Positions 1 to 10,506 of a DNA stretch of 64,000 bases are shown here, in pieces (within the stretch, counting starts at the first letter, position 1; every line of letters starts with the position of its first letter). The notes under the pieces were generated by a model that saw only the letters and a list, made by a program, of their open reading frames with translations, had not been told where the DNA came from and did no database searches. The position numbers and the translations under genes are program-made. Source of the DNA: Acidobacteriota bacterium (GTDB taxonomy: Bacteria > Acidobacteriota > UBA6911); the NCBI GenBank assembly GCA_963664705.1, contig OY761556.1, forward strand, positions 256,001-320,000. Reading direction: 5' to 3'.

Positions 1-2670
1 GATCCCTTGGAACCGGATTCTGCGTTGTTTGGGCGTGTCATTCGCAATCTCGACATTTCCTCGGATCTGCCGTTGGACCGTTCCCACTATGACCCTTACC
101 TTGGGATCAAGCCTGGGGACATATTGACACGCACGGGCGTGAAGAAAGCCATTCAATCCCTGTATGAGTCCGGACGTTTTTCCCGCATCAGCGCGGATGC
201 CTTCCCTGCCGGCGCTTCCGTCGATCTCTGTTTCAGAGTCCACCACAACTATTATTTCAACCGATTTCTTCTCGAGGGAGATTTTGATCTGAAGGACCGC
301 TCGTTATGGGAACTCGTGTCCCTTCCAATCGGGCAGCGTTTTTCCAGGGAAACGCTGGAGGCTTCACGGCAGGAGGTTTTGAAGCTCCTGAAGGACAGGG
401 GTTTTTATGGAGCCAGGGTTGGAACCAGGATCATTCCAGACGATCAGTCTCGGCAGGTGGATACCGTTTTTGAGTTGCATTCCGGTACTTTGGCGGTTAT
501 CCGATCCATTCAATTCAAGGGAGTCACGGCAGGAGGATCCAGCGCATTGCAAAAGCAGCTCGGATTTCAGCCCGGCCGGATATTCGATCGAAGCCGCCTG
601 GGAGCCCGGATGGAAGGCTTGCGTAGATATTTCATCCAGGAAGGATATCTCGCCGCCACGGCGCGGTTGGTGGAATCCTATGAGCCTCAGAAAAACACTG
701 TTGATCTCATGCTGGAGGTGGCCGACTTTGGGAAAATGAAGGTCGCGGTAGAGGGATTTAAAATCGAGAAAGATCAATTGCGGCGGCTTCTCCCCGTTCT
801 ATCGGGAGAGGGAATCAACCCGGATCTCCTGGATGAAGGGTTGAATAACCTGAAGGAGTATCTGGAAAGCAAAGGATATGCCGAAGCAGATGTTCGCATG
901 ACTGAAACGGTGGACGAATCCGGAGTTCGTGTATTCCGTTATTCCATCTTTCCCAGTCGAAAATTTACGGTGGCCTATATTCATTTCCGTGGGAACAAAG
1001 TGTTTGGCGACCGGGAGTTGCTGGAGGCGCTTGAAATACAAACGGCATCTCCCTATAGCGTCAGCCGTCTGGATGCAGACGTTGATGTTTTGCAGAACCT
1101 GTATCGGGCTCGCGGGTATCTGGATGCCAGCGTTGTTCCATTGGTTGAGCAGGGGAAGGATGCAAAGGAGATCGGGATCGTCTATCTTTGCGAAGAGGGT
1201 TCAGAAGCTCACCTGCTGTCTCTGGATATCAAAGGAAACGAGGCTCTTTCCACTCCCAAACTGTTGTCTCGGATCAGCCTGTCGCCCGGGAGTCCCTATT
1301 CGCCGTCCATGGTTGAGCAGGATCGGCAGACAATTCTGGCCGCCTATAATGATCTGGGCTATCTTCAGGCACAGGTGGTTGTGCATGTCGGGCAGCCGGA
1401 GAATCATAATTCCTATCCCATATCTATAGAGATCAGCGAGGGCAGGCAGTCTCTCGTGGACCGCGTCTTTGTTTTCGGCAACGATAAGACCAAAGCTTCT
1501 CTCATCTCCAGACAGATCAAACTAAAGGAAGAGGATCCGCTGAGCCTTGGGAAACTGCTGCAGACGCAGCAATCTCTTTACGGGATCGGCGTTTTTGATC
1601 AGGTTCGCGTGACTGCCCAGAATGCCGATAGCCCTGCTCCCTACAAGGATGTCGTCATCAGACTCCAGGAATCAAAGCGCTTCACGATCCGGTATGGTCT
1701 GGGCTACCAGGAAAGGGAAAAGCTGCGCGGAACACTTGAGTTCTCAGACCTGAACATTTTCGGTTTTGGGCGGCGCGCCGACATCCGACTTCGAGGAAGC
1801 AGTATTGAGCAGCAGGCTCTGTTCACTCTGCGCAAGCCGCAATTTCACGCCATCCCGGTGGACTCCAATTTTACCTTCTCGGTGCTTCGGAAAAAGGAGG
1901 TCAGCTTTGATACGCGCAAAATAAACCTGGCCTATCAATTCAGCCACCCGTTCGGGACACACAGCTGGGGAATGCTTCGTTACAATTTCAAATATGTGAA
2001 GGTTTCCTCGACATCGCTTTCTCTCTCCGAACTGGGTCGAGAAGATCAGCCTGTGAATCTGTCGACTTTCTCCGCCGCCTTTATTAATGATACGAGGGAT
2101 GATTACCTGGATCCGACAAAGGGATTTTTCTCTTCAACCGATTTCGGTTTTACCCCCGAACTGTGGGGCAGCAACAAATACATATCTTTCTTTACGCAAA
2201 ACAGCTATTACCGCAAGCTGCCGCTGTCGCTCCAGTTTGCCTCTTCGCTGCGTTTTGGCGCAGCGCACCCTTTGAGCGGCTACCCGGATCTTCCAATCAG
2301 CGAAAGATTTTTTGCCGGTGGATCCTCCAGCTTACGAGGGTTCGAAACTGATTATGCCGGTCCTTTGGATGCCGTTTCCAATAAACCGGTCGGAGGGAAT
2401 GGCCTGGTTGTAGGATCCGTGGAATTAAGGGTTCCTGTCTTTCGATTCATACATTTCGCAGGATTCTATGATACGGGCAATGTATTTCGCACGGTGAGCG
2501 ATATCAGTCTGTCGGGGTTCAGTCATACGCTTGGCGGCGGATTAAGGATCAAAACTCCTTTCGGGCCGCTGCGAGCGGATTATGGCTACAACGTGGATCT
2601 GTCGCCGGACCTTCGGCATCGTGGACTGACTCCCGGCCATTTTTTCATTACAATCGGGCCTCCGTTCTAG
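1..2670 (+). CDS. Omp85-family (BamA/TamA-like) outer membrane assembly factor, probably 5'-truncated by the window
   Basis: Multiple POTRA-like repeats, C-terminal barrel with ERFFAGGSSSLRGF and RIKTPFGPLRADYG motifs, terminal Phe; frame is open back to base 1 and no signal peptide is visible. Confidence 0.9.
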   Translation, partial: DPLEPDSALFGRVIRNLDISSDLPLDRSHYDPYLGIKPGDILTRTGVKKAIQSLYESGRFSRISADAFPAGASVDLCFRVHHNYYFNRFLLEGDFDLKDRSLWELVSLPIGQRFSRETLEASRQEVLKLLKDRGFYGARVGTRIIPDDQSRQVDTVFELHSGTLAVIRSIQFKGVTAGGSSALQKQLGFQPGRIFDRSRLGARMEGLRRYFIQEGYLAATARLVESYEPQKNTVDLMLEVADFGKMKVAVEGFKIEKDQLRRLLPVLSGEGINPDLLDEGLNNLKEYLESKGYAEADVRMTETVDESGVRVFRYSIFPSRKFTVAYIHFRGNKVFGDRELLEALEIQTASPYSVSRLDADVDVLQNLYRARGYLDASVVPLVEQGKDAKEIGIVYLCEEGSEAHLLSLDIKGNEALSTPKLLSRISLSPGSPYSPSMVEQDRQTILAAYNDLGYLQAQVVVHVGQPENHNSYPISIEISEGRQSLVDRVFVFGNDKTKASLISRQIKLKEEDPLSLGKLLQTQQSLYGIGVFDQVRVTAQNADSPAPYKDVVIRLQESKRFTIRYGLGYQEREKLRGTLEFSDLNIFGFGRRADIRLRGSSIEQQALFTLRKPQFHAIPVDSNFTFSVLRKKEVSFDTRKINLAYQFSHPFGTHSWGMLRYNFKYVKVSSTSLSLSELGREDQPVNLSTFSAAFINDTRDDYLDPTKGFFSSTDFGFTPELWGSNKYISFFTQNSYYRKLPLSLQFASSLRFGAAHPLSGYPDLPISERFFAGGSSSLRGFETDYAGPLDAVSNKPVGGNGLVVGSVELRVPVFRFIHFAGFYDTGNVFRTVSDISLSGFSHTLGGGLRIKTPFGPLRADYGYNVDLSPDLRHRGLTPGHFFITIGPPF

Positions 2671-2672
2671 CT

Positions 2673-3383
2673 ATGAACAGAAACGCTTTCAAACGAATTC
2701 GAGTCTGTTGGAATTGCAGGGCCCGCCGCCTGACGATTCCGATATTGTTCTCCCTCCTGGCGCTGAATTCCATTTTTGCCTCTTTGGCACGAGCCGGCGA
2801 AGTGGATCGTTTGATTGCGGCTGTAAATGGGAATGTGATCACCGAAGGAGATTTGAATCTTTCGCGCGGCGTGAACACTATTATCATATCCGACAAAGCG
2901 GTCGCCCCGAAATCGCGGGCAGAGGAAATAGAACGCCTGGTCGACCTCGAATTGATGCGGCAGGAACTGCAAAATTTCTCAATGACGCAGGAGGATGAAA
3001 GCAGGGTTCAGGCGCGCCTGCAATCGCTGCGCAATACCTATGCGGAAAAGGGGGGACTCCCGTTGCTCCTGAAACAGTTGGGGCTCCAGGAATCGGAGTT
3101 GGTGACCTACTTGCGACTCGAGTCTTCCATTATGCGTTTTGTGGATTTCAGATTCCGTCCGTTTGCCGGCGTGTCGGAAACTGAAATTAAGAACTATTAC
3201 GACTCGAGGCTGACTCCTCAGCTGCAAAAGGCAAAACTGGCTCTGCCACCGCTTCCGCAGGTCTCCGTTCGAATCGAGGAGATACTTCGCGAAGAGAAGA
3301 TCAATGCGGTGCTGGATCAATGGATTAAGGAAATACGCCGCGTCTCTCGAATTGAATATTTTGTCGGCGACCCTGATTTATAG
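2673..3383 (+). CDS. SurA N-terminal-domain-like periplasmic chaperone (no PPIase domain)
   Basis: Signal peptide then VDRLIAAVNGNVITEGDL; C-terminal WIKEIRRVSRIE resembles SurA/PrsA termini. Confidence 0.75.
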   Translation: MNRNAFKRIRVCWNCRARRLTIPILFSLLALNSIFASLARAGEVDRLIAAVNGNVITEGDLNLSRGVNTIIISDKAVAPKSRAEEIERLVDLELMRQELQNFSMTQEDESRVQARLQSLRNTYAEKGGLPLLLKQLGLQESELVTYLRLESSIMRFVDFRFRPFAGVSETEIKNYYDSRLTPQLQKAKLALPPLPQVSVRIEEILREEKINAVLDQWIKEIRRVSRIEYFVGDPDL

Positions 3384-3487
3384 GTTGCAGTCGTGTTTGT
3401 GCGAGGGACGAAAGCGGAATTGTAAATCAGCGAAAATAGAGGCACAGGAATGGGGCTGCGGCATTAATGCCGCGCTGCAGGAAGATA

Positions 3488-6400
3488 ATGAAAATTGTCC
3501 GGAAATCCCTAATTATTGCGATACCGCTGCTGTCGATGATCGCCGGTGCGATTTTGGGCGCGCGGTACCTGCAATCGGACCGGTTTCAGGAATATGTCCG
3601 GTCCACGCTGATTTCCAAGCTCGAAAACGCCACGGGCCTGGACTGTAAAATCAACAGTCTTCAGGTCGATGTCCTTCGCGGCAAGTTCGTGATGCGTGGA
3701 ATAGAATTATCGCAGCGGAAGGCGGCAACCGGGCTTGTGCACATGACCGTTCCTCAGATCAGCGCATCGCTCAGTATTTCCTCCGTCTGGCATCTTCGGG
3801 TTCGACTGCATGAATTGCGCATTGTCCGGCCGCGCTTGGAACTCGTTTCAGGAAATGGTGAATCTTCCTGGAGCCCTGAGGAAATTCTGCAGGATCTGAA
3901 GATCTCCTTGCGCCTGGAAGCGGCCAAAGTGAGTGTTGAGGATGGCTGGATCAGGCTCAATAGGAATACCGCTCCATTCAACGTGTCGATCGATGACTTT
4001 GACCTGGGTGTAAGTTATGAGAAAAAACTTCCCAGCTATCGCGTTCGACTTGTGTATGCGCGCAGCAGGCTTTTCTGGGAGAACCGTGACATCGTTCATG
4101 GGCTGGAACTGAATGCGCATGTTTCACTGGATGGGATCACGATTGAGTCGCTTCGGTTTCGGCGATCGGGAGTGGGGATGAACACGATCCTATCCGGATC
4201 CGGTTCGTTCATGAACTGGAAATCTCCTGCATTCCGTCTGCATCTCACCGGCACCCTGGATGCCAGAGATCTGGCTCTTACCACGCCGACGTTGTATGAG
4301 GGCAAGGGGAATATTGAAGTCATTGCGGATCTGCAAAGCGACCGGAATGGCATTTTTTCGAAGGGTAAATTCTCCGCCAAAGCCGGATCCTATCGCAAAA
4401 TGGGTTTCAGGAATCTTGCCGGGATATTCGAGATTCAAAACGATGTGCTTCACTTGCGCAATTCCACCGCAAGAATTGGGGATGGAACGGTTCTGGCAAA
4501 CGCGGAGATTCAACTGGTCGGTTCAAGCAAAGAGCCGAATCGCGTAACCATCTCGGCCAGGAATGTGCCCGTTGTCGAAGTCGGGCGGTTACTGAATTTG
4601 CCATTGCTGACTTTTGAGAACGGTGCCGATTCCAGCACGCTTCTCACCTGGCATAGCCAGGGAGAATTGCGCGCGGATTGCGACGTGACGCTCCATCGCG
4701 CCGCAAGGCAGAACTGGACCTCGACACAAAGCACACCCCTGGATGGCAACGTCCGGTTTACCTATTTCGAATCTGGCACATTGATCCTGCAGTCCGCAAA
4801 CCTCTCTTCTCCATCCACCTCTTTTCAGGCTTCCGTGGGACAGGGCCCGCAGTTTCATGTACAACTGTCGACGACACGCATCGCGGAGCCGTTCGACCTG
4901 ATCGCAAATTTTTCTGAGGCCGTTGTGGCTTTCATTAAGCGGATACCGGATGTCCGGGAGATGGAAGGCAGTTTTGCCTTTAACGGGGATGTCCGGATCC
5001 AGTCGTCTTCCGATGTTGAATATAAAGGGAGCGCCACTGCCAGGAATGGCAAGTGGAGGTCGTACCGCGTCGAAACTCTCACCATGGAAGCACTGTTTCG
5101 TCCGCCATTGCTGGAATTGCGTCCGATTTCCCTGCACAGCGGATCGCAGTTGGTTGATGGTGCGCTGGATCTGGATCTGGGCGATGGTGAACGGATCTCC
5201 AGTTTCGGGTTCAAAGGGAACATTCATCAGCTGGGGATTGCGTCTCTCAAGGATTTCGGCGTGGATGTTTCCCATTTGTCCGGGCTGTTGAGCGGCAGCG
5301 GTTCCATTCGGTTTGCGCACGATGCCTGGCAGGGTGACGGGCAGTTTTTCATCGAAAAGGGGAGCTATCAGAGTGAGCCCTTCGATAGGGTACGCATGCA
5401 TTTGTCCCTTGATAACCAAAGGCTGCGCATCCTGAATTCCGAAGTGCTGCGGGATGGCGCACGATTGAGCGCCGAGGGCCAGTTGGATCTGGCGTCCAGA
5501 AAAATCGATGGATCTGCGCAGCTTCAGGGATTGTCGCTCGAGGAAATTCCGGCCGTTAAAAAGCGCGGGGGGACGGTTCGCGGTCGGATTGGGGGGGGCG
5601 GCACCATTGGCGGAACGATGGACAGTCCCGCATTTTCAGGGGATTTCGAACTGGCGTCGCTCCGGTACGGAACATTGAATATCGGGAACGGAAAAGGCCA
5701 CGTCGATTTCAAAGATGGCTCCGTCCGTGCGAATGCCCGAATCAAGTCCGAACTTGGGAACCTTGGCTTTCAGACTGAAATAGCGGTCCGGTCGGGATAT
5801 CCGGGTAAAACGGCTATGGAATTTGAGCATCTCGATATCCAGAAGATTATCTCGGAGAAGCCGCCGGCATATCTTCAGGACATTAGCACCGCACTGGAGG
5901 GAAAGCTGGAGGCCGAGGGTAATTTTGAGGATCTTGCTTCGCTCCGAATTCGTGGTGAAGTGGATGGTGCCCATTTCAAGATCCACGATCACGAGGTGCA
6001 CAACGACGGTCGCATGCGATTCACCATCGTCAATCAGGACCTTCGGATTGAAAGCGTACGATTTGTCGGAGAAGGGTCCAATATCTCATTGAGCGGAACT
6101 ATCCCGTTGAATGATGGCCCATCCTTGGATCTCAATTTTAATGGGAATCTCAACCTGGAACTGTTGGAAGGATTCGAAAAGAAACTTCGTTCGGAGGGGA
6201 GTGCGACGCTCAGCATTCGCGCCAGCGGCAGAAAAAGCGAGCCCCAGATCATTGGGCAGGCATCGTTCCGTGATGCAAAGATCGATCATGAGGCGCTCCC
6301 CTTCCGGCTTTCTTCCATGCAGGGAGATATCGTTTTTTCCCGCAATCTTATCCGTTTCGAAAATGTGCGTGGCAGCGCCGCATCCGGTTCAATTCAGATC

Positions 6401-7426
6401 TCCGGCACGATCGAGCATCGGAATGCTGTCTTGCGATCGATCAATCTGGCGATTGCCATGCGAAATGCCCGCCTGCCCTATCCGAAGGATTTCAGATCCG
6501 TCGGGAATGCCGATTTAGTCTTGAGCGGCACTGCGGACTCTCAGATGCTTTCGGGAGAGATTGACTTGACCCGTATCGAGTATGTGCGGAGCTTCAACCT
6601 TTTGGAACAGCTTGCCAGCCGCAGCCCCGTTCAAACCGGCCCGCTCACCACAGAACCCTATTTGCTGGGGTTGCGTTTGAATATCGAAATCCGCTCAAAC
6701 AACGGGCTTTCCATCGACAATGAGCTTACCCGGCTGCGCGGGAGCATGCGGCTGATGCTCAGAGGCACGCCCGCATATCCTTCGCTTACCGGGCATGTGG
6801 AAGCCGGGGAGGGAATGATTTTCTTCCGGGGCAGCCGTTTTGAGATTTCCCATGCCGCCGCCGATTTTGTCGATCGAAACCGTATCAACCCGGTGCTGGA
6901 GATTCGGGCCGAAGCGGATGTAAAAACCTATCGCCTGATTCTCGACGCGGTTGGGGATTTGGAACACCTGAATCTGAATATTAGTTCTGATCCGCCAATG
7001 TCAACCGTCGATATTCTATCGCTGCTGACAACGGGCAAAACCGAGACCGCGGGAACCACGTCAACGGGGACCGGGACTGTGACGTCGCAGCGCGAATCTC
7101 AGATGGCCGGGATGAGTGCGGCAAGCGTGCTTTCGGAGAACCTCACCGGCGTGCTAGGCAAGCGAGTCCAGCGCATATTTGGTCTCGAAAGTTTCCGGGT
7201 TGATCCCTTCCTTGCGGGGGCCGAGAACGATCCGACCGCTCGCATTACAATCAGCGAACGCCTTTCCAAAGACCTGGTTGTTACTTTTTCGAGAAATCTG
7301 ACCACAAACCAGGAACAGATCGTGGTCATCGAGTATGACGTCGGGAAGAATGTATCCGTCGTGGCTACTCGGGATGAGGATGGGAAATTTGGATTGGATT
7401 TCCGCTTTCGCAAACGGCTCCGGTGA
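3488..7426 (+). CDS. tamB: TamB/AsmA-like translocation and assembly module protein (DUF490)
   Basis: N-terminal TM anchor, long beta-rich body, C-terminal SSDPPMSTVDILSLL...FGLDFRFRKR; adjacent to Omp85 gene; ATG at 3488 preferred to 3467. Confidence 0.85.
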   Translation: MKIVRKSLIIAIPLLSMIAGAILGARYLQSDRFQEYVRSTLISKLENATGLDCKINSLQVDVLRGKFVMRGIELSQRKAATGLVHMTVPQISASLSISSVWHLRVRLHELRIVRPRLELVSGNGESSWSPEEILQDLKISLRLEAAKVSVEDGWIRLNRNTAPFNVSIDDFDLGVSYEKKLPSYRVRLVYARSRLFWENRDIVHGLELNAHVSLDGITIESLRFRRSGVGMNTILSGSGSFMNWKSPAFRLHLTGTLDARDLALTTPTLYEGKGNIEVIADLQSDRNGIFSKGKFSAKAGSYRKMGFRNLAGIFEIQNDVLHLRNSTARIGDGTVLANAEIQLVGSSKEPNRVTISARNVPVVEVGRLLNLPLLTFENGADSSTLLTWHSQGELRADCDVTLHRAARQNWTSTQSTPLDGNVRFTYFESGTLILQSANLSSPSTSFQASVGQGPQFHVQLSTTRIAEPFDLIANFSEAVVAFIKRIPDVREMEGSFAFNGDVRIQSSSDVEYKGSATARNGKWRSYRVETLTMEALFRPPLLELRPISLHSGSQLVDGALDLDLGDGERISSFGFKGNIHQLGIASLKDFGVDVSHLSGLLSGSGSIRFAHDAWQGDGQFFIEKGSYQSEPFDRVRMHLSLDNQRLRILNSEVLRDGARLSAEGQLDLASRKIDGSAQLQGLSLEEIPAVKKRGGTVRGRIGGGGTIGGTMDSPAFSGDFELASLRYGTLNIGNGKGHVDFKDGSVRANARIKSELGNLGFQTEIAVRSGYPGKTAMEFEHLDIQKIISEKPPAYLQDISTALEGKLEAEGNFEDLASLRIRGEVDGAHFKIHDHEVHNDGRMRFTIVNQDLRIESVRFVGEGSNISLSGTIPLNDGPSLDLNFNGNLNLELLEGFEKKLRSEGSATLSIRASGRKSEPQIIGQASFRDAKIDHEALPFRLSSMQGDIVFSRNLIRFENVRGSAASGSIQISGTIEHRNAVLRSINLAIAMRNARLPYPKDFRSVGNADLVLSGTADSQMLSGEIDLTRIEYVRSFNLLEQLASRSPVQTGPLTTEPYLLGLRLNIEIRSNNGLSIDNELTRLRGSMRLMLRGTPAYPSLTGHVEAGEGMIFFRGSRFEISHAAADFVDRNRINPVLEIRAEADVKTYRLILDAVGDLEHLNLNISSDPPMSTVDILSLLTTGKTETAGTTSTGTGTVTSQRESQMAGMSAASVLSENLTGVLGKRVQRIFGLESFRVDPFLAGAENDPTARITISERLSKDLVVTFSRNLTTNQEQIVVIEYDVGKNVSVVATRDEDGKFGLDFRFRKRLR

Positions 7427-7545
7427 AAAGAAATGGGCTTGCCTGCTGGTTCGCTGCGATGAAGGAGTTCTCAAAAACTTTAAATATCAACAATTGAAGC
7501 CATTTTGGTCTATAATCCTTAAAAGCAGGTAATGGAGGGTATCGA

Positions 7546-8220
7546 ATGAATATTCTCGTCATCGAAGATGAAGCCAAAGTGGCTAGCTTTATCAAAAAGG
7601 GATTGATGCAGTCGGGATATGAAATTGATGTGGCCGTCGATGGCGAGGAAGGCTACGAAAAAATTCAAACCAACAACTATGATGTCGTTTTGTTGGATCT
7701 GATGCTTCCGAAGATCCAGGGTTTGGACCTTATTCCCAAGATACGCGAATGTAAACCCGGCGTTCCCATCATTGCCGTGACCGCAAAGGGCTCGGTAGAG
7801 GACCGTGTGCAGGGATTGAATCTTGGATGTGATGATTATTTGACCAAGCCATTTTCCTTTGCAGAGCTTTTGGCCCGGATTCAGGTACAGATGCGCCGTG
7901 GAGATCCATCTGCCTCGTTGGAGCTGCGCGCGGCTGATCTGGTGCTCAGCCCTTTGAAGCGTAAGGTTACGAGGGGTGGTAAGGCGATCGAATTATCCAA
8001 TAAGGAATTTGCTCTACTTGAATACCTGCTTAGAAACAAAGATCAGATTGTGACGCGGAATATGATCGTCGAGCATGTATGGGATGCGAGTTTCGACAAT
8101 TTTACCAATGTGGTAGATGTGTACATCAATTACTTGCGGAACAAGATCGATCGTGACTTTGAACCTCGCTTAATCCAGACTGTCCGGGGTGTCGGCTATT
8201 CACTTCGCGAAAAACAGTGA
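7546..8220 (+). CDS. OmpR-family response regulator (CusR/CopR-like)
   Basis: ED, DLMLP, DDYLTKPF, KEFALLEYL, TNVVDVYINYLRNKID, IQTVRGVGY. Confidence 0.93.
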   Translation: MNILVIEDEAKVASFIKKGLMQSGYEIDVAVDGEEGYEKIQTNNYDVVLLDLMLPKIQGLDLIPKIRECKPGVPIIAVTAKGSVEDRVQGLNLGCDDYLTKPFSFAELLARIQVQMRRGDPSASLELRAADLVLSPLKRKVTRGGKAIELSNKEFALLEYLLRNKDQIVTRNMIVEHVWDASFDNFTNVVDVYINYLRNKIDRDFEPRLIQTVRGVGYSLREKQ

Positions 8221-9638
8221 ATCTCAACAGTCTCCGTTTTCGACTCATCTGGTTTCACTCCGTAGTTATTGCTGTTTTTGTCATTTGCATCGGACTGGTC
8301 CGATATCAGTTGGCCAGCTATCGTTCCCAGCATCGGTTCGACGATGCTTTGGCCAGCGATGCGCAGTTCTTTGTCTCGCGCTTCAAGTTTAGCGGAACCG
8401 GGTTCAGCCTTTCCACAACAGGTCTGAACACGGGGAATGCCCTGGCGATCCAGGAACTCGAGCATTACTTTGTCCTCACGGATCCCGACGGGCGGGTCCT
8501 ATACGAAGAACTCCACAACCGGTTTATTCGGATCATGCTGTCCCAGGGAAAACTGGCGCTTATCCTTCGTCAAAAAGCGGGATTCGGGCAAATCATGGCG
8601 GAGGACGGATCGGTCTATCGTTTTATCAGCCTTCCGCTCCCCGCAGGGATTCTTCAGCGTCCCGCCATCATCCATATAGGCCGAACCATGGAATTGCAGC
8701 GTGGGGTGATGCAGGAGTACCTCCTTTTTTATATTTACTCGGTTCCCCTGATACTGATCATCCTTGTCGCACTGGGCTGGTACTTTGCGGTTCGAGCTTT
8801 GAGGCCTTTTGAGGAAATAGCGCGGACGGCGGAAAAGATAAGCTATGAGAATCTGAATACGCAGATTGTCAGTACCCATAAAGAGCATGAGGTGCAGAGG
8901 CTGGTTCAGTCTTTCAATGCGATGGTTTCGCGCCTGAACCAGTCCTTCACTCAAATGCGCAAATTCAATGCAGATGTAGCCCATGAGTTGCGCACACCGC
9001 TGGCCATTCTCCAGGGAGAAACGGAGATAGCCCTTCGATCTCCCAGTCTTTCGGAAGATATACGTTCCGTTCTGATCAGCAATCTGGAGGAACTGGATCG
9101 GTTGACACGGATTGTAAACGATCTGTTGACGCTTTCCGAGGCTGAGGCGGGAAGACAGGTGCTTGTAAAGGAACCGGTCAATATCGGGGACCTTCTGGAA
9201 GACCTCGTGGACCAGATGAAGTTGTTGGCCTCGGACCGCAATCTGGAAATGGATGTTCACTGTGCTCCGGGTCTTTGGGTTGATGCGGATAAGCTTTGGA
9301 TAAGGCGGGCTATTCTCAATCTTCTGGATAATGCCATCAAGTATTCCAAAGAGGGCGGGCGCATAGCGGTTACGGCGGCAAAGGAAGGATCCTCCGTACT
9401 GATTGGAGTGAAGGACAGCGGTATCGGGATCCATGCGGAAGATCTTCCGTATATTTTTGACCGTCTTTACCGGGCAGACCCGGCGCGAAGCCGTGAGAGC
9501 GGAGGTGTGGGACTGGGATTGGCTCTTGTGAAGTGGATCATCGAAACCCATCACGGTATTGTCCGGGTGCAAAGCCGCCCCGATAACGGATCCCTGTTTG
9601 AAGTGATTCTCCCGTTGACCCATCGACCTTCCAGTTAG
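8217..9638 (+). CDS. Sensor histidine kinase (TM-HAMP-HisKA-HATPase), heavy-metal-sensor-like
   Basis: Two TM segments, ADVAHELRTPL, NLLDNAIKYS, DSGIGI, GVGLGL; 4-bp overlap with the regulator. Confidence 0.93.
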   Translation: MNLNSLRFRLIWFHSVVIAVFVICIGLVRYQLASYRSQHRFDDALASDAQFFVSRFKFSGTGFSLSTTGLNTGNALAIQELEHYFVLTDPDGRVLYEELHNRFIRIMLSQGKLALILRQKAGFGQIMAEDGSVYRFISLPLPAGILQRPAIIHIGRTMELQRGVMQEYLLFYIYSVPLILIILVALGWYFAVRALRPFEEIARTAEKISYENLNTQIVSTHKEHEVQRLVQSFNAMVSRLNQSFTQMRKFNADVAHELRTPLAILQGETEIALRSPSLSEDIRSVLISNLEELDRLTRIVNDLLTLSEAEAGRQVLVKEPVNIGDLLEDLVDQMKLLASDRNLEMDVHCAPGLWVDADKLWIRRAILNLLDNAIKYSKEGGRIAVTAAKEGSSVLIGVKDSGIGIHAEDLPYIFDRLYRADPARSRESGGVGLGLALVKWIIETHHGIVRVQSRPDNGSLFEVILPLTHRPSS

Positions 9639-9819
9639 CCTGATTGGCGCGTTTTGCTGCTCCCGGGAATCGGTTGCCCCGGGGAATGCGCCCTTACCGC
9701 GGGCATGGATGGTTTTTTTTCGCGTTTTCGGTCTTTTTTCCGCGTTTCCAGTGTTTTGTTGTTGCCTTTTTAGCCGCTTCTTGGTTAAATCTCCTATTTC
9801 GCCCAAGGGAGGTGAGACC

Positions 9820-10137
9820 GTGTATGCAGTGATAATGAGCGGCGGAAAGCAATACTGTGTCGCCGAAGGAGAACTCGTTCGCATAGAAAAGCTTGCGATC
9901 GATCCAGGAGCCCCGGTCGAATTCAACGAGGTACTCCTGGTAAAGACTGATGCGAAGACCTACATTGGCCAGCCATTGGTGCAAGGCGCCTCGGTATCGG
10001 GCAAGTTGGAATCCCAGGATAAGGATGATACGGTTCTTGTCTTTAAGTATAAGGCAAAGAAGCAGTATCGCCGCACGCGCGGACATCGTCAGCAGCATTC
10101 GGAAGTTCGCATCGAAAAAATCAATGTAGCAGGCTAA
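9820..10137 (+). CDS. rplU: 50S ribosomal protein L21
   Basis: (M)YAVIMSGGKQY...RGHRQ; GTG start after GGAGGTGA RBS. Confidence 0.96.
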   Translation: MYAVIMSGGKQYCVAEGELVRIEKLAIDPGAPVEFNEVLLVKTDAKTYIGQPLVQGASVSGKLESQDKDDTVLVFKYKAKKQYRRTRGHRQQHSEVRIEKINVAG

Positions 10138-10146
10138 GAGGTTGGT

Positions 10147-10407
10147 ATGGCACACAAAAAAGGAGTCGGGAGCTCCCGTAACGGAAGAGATAGCCAGTCC
10201 AAGCGGCTGGGCGTCAAGCGCTTCGCCGGCCAGTTGGTAAACGGCGGAACAATCATCGTTCGGCAGCGGGGCACCAAGTTCAAACCCGGCTTGAATGTGG
10301 GAATCGGCAAGGATGATACGCTCTTTGCCAAGATCACGGGCACCGTGCAGTTTCAGGATAGAGGTCGCCTGGGCAAATTCGTGCATATTCAGGCGGAAGC
10401 TTCATAG
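10147..10407 (+). CDS. rpmA: 50S ribosomal protein L27
   Basis: [24 protein letters not shown]. Confidence 0.98.
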   Translation: MAHKKGVGSSRNGRDSQSKRLGVKRFAGQLVNGGTIIVRQRGTKFKPGLNVGIGKDDTLFAKITGTVQFQDRGRLGKFVHIQAEAS

Positions 10408-10432
10408 CCGGTCGTCAGACCTGATGTTCTTG

Positions 10433-10459
10433 GGACCCCGACCGGGGTCCTTTTTTTTT
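10433..10459 (+). terminator. Intrinsic terminator after rpmA
   Basis: GGACCCCG-ac-CGGGGTCC followed by T9. Confidence 0.85.
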
Positions 10460-10506
10460 GGTACGATCAATCCCGTAGATTCAATATAGCGCGGGGAGTT
10501 TTATCT

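Noticed and set aside
9709-9819. N-terminal extension of L21 given by the ORF track
   Set aside because: True start is GTG 9820 after a strong RBS; similar over-extensions were trimmed for nadD, folE, atpD, DUF1846 and others
8499-9926. 475-aa minus-strand ORF
   Set aside because: Antisense shadow of the histidine kinase and rplU; no recognisable motifs
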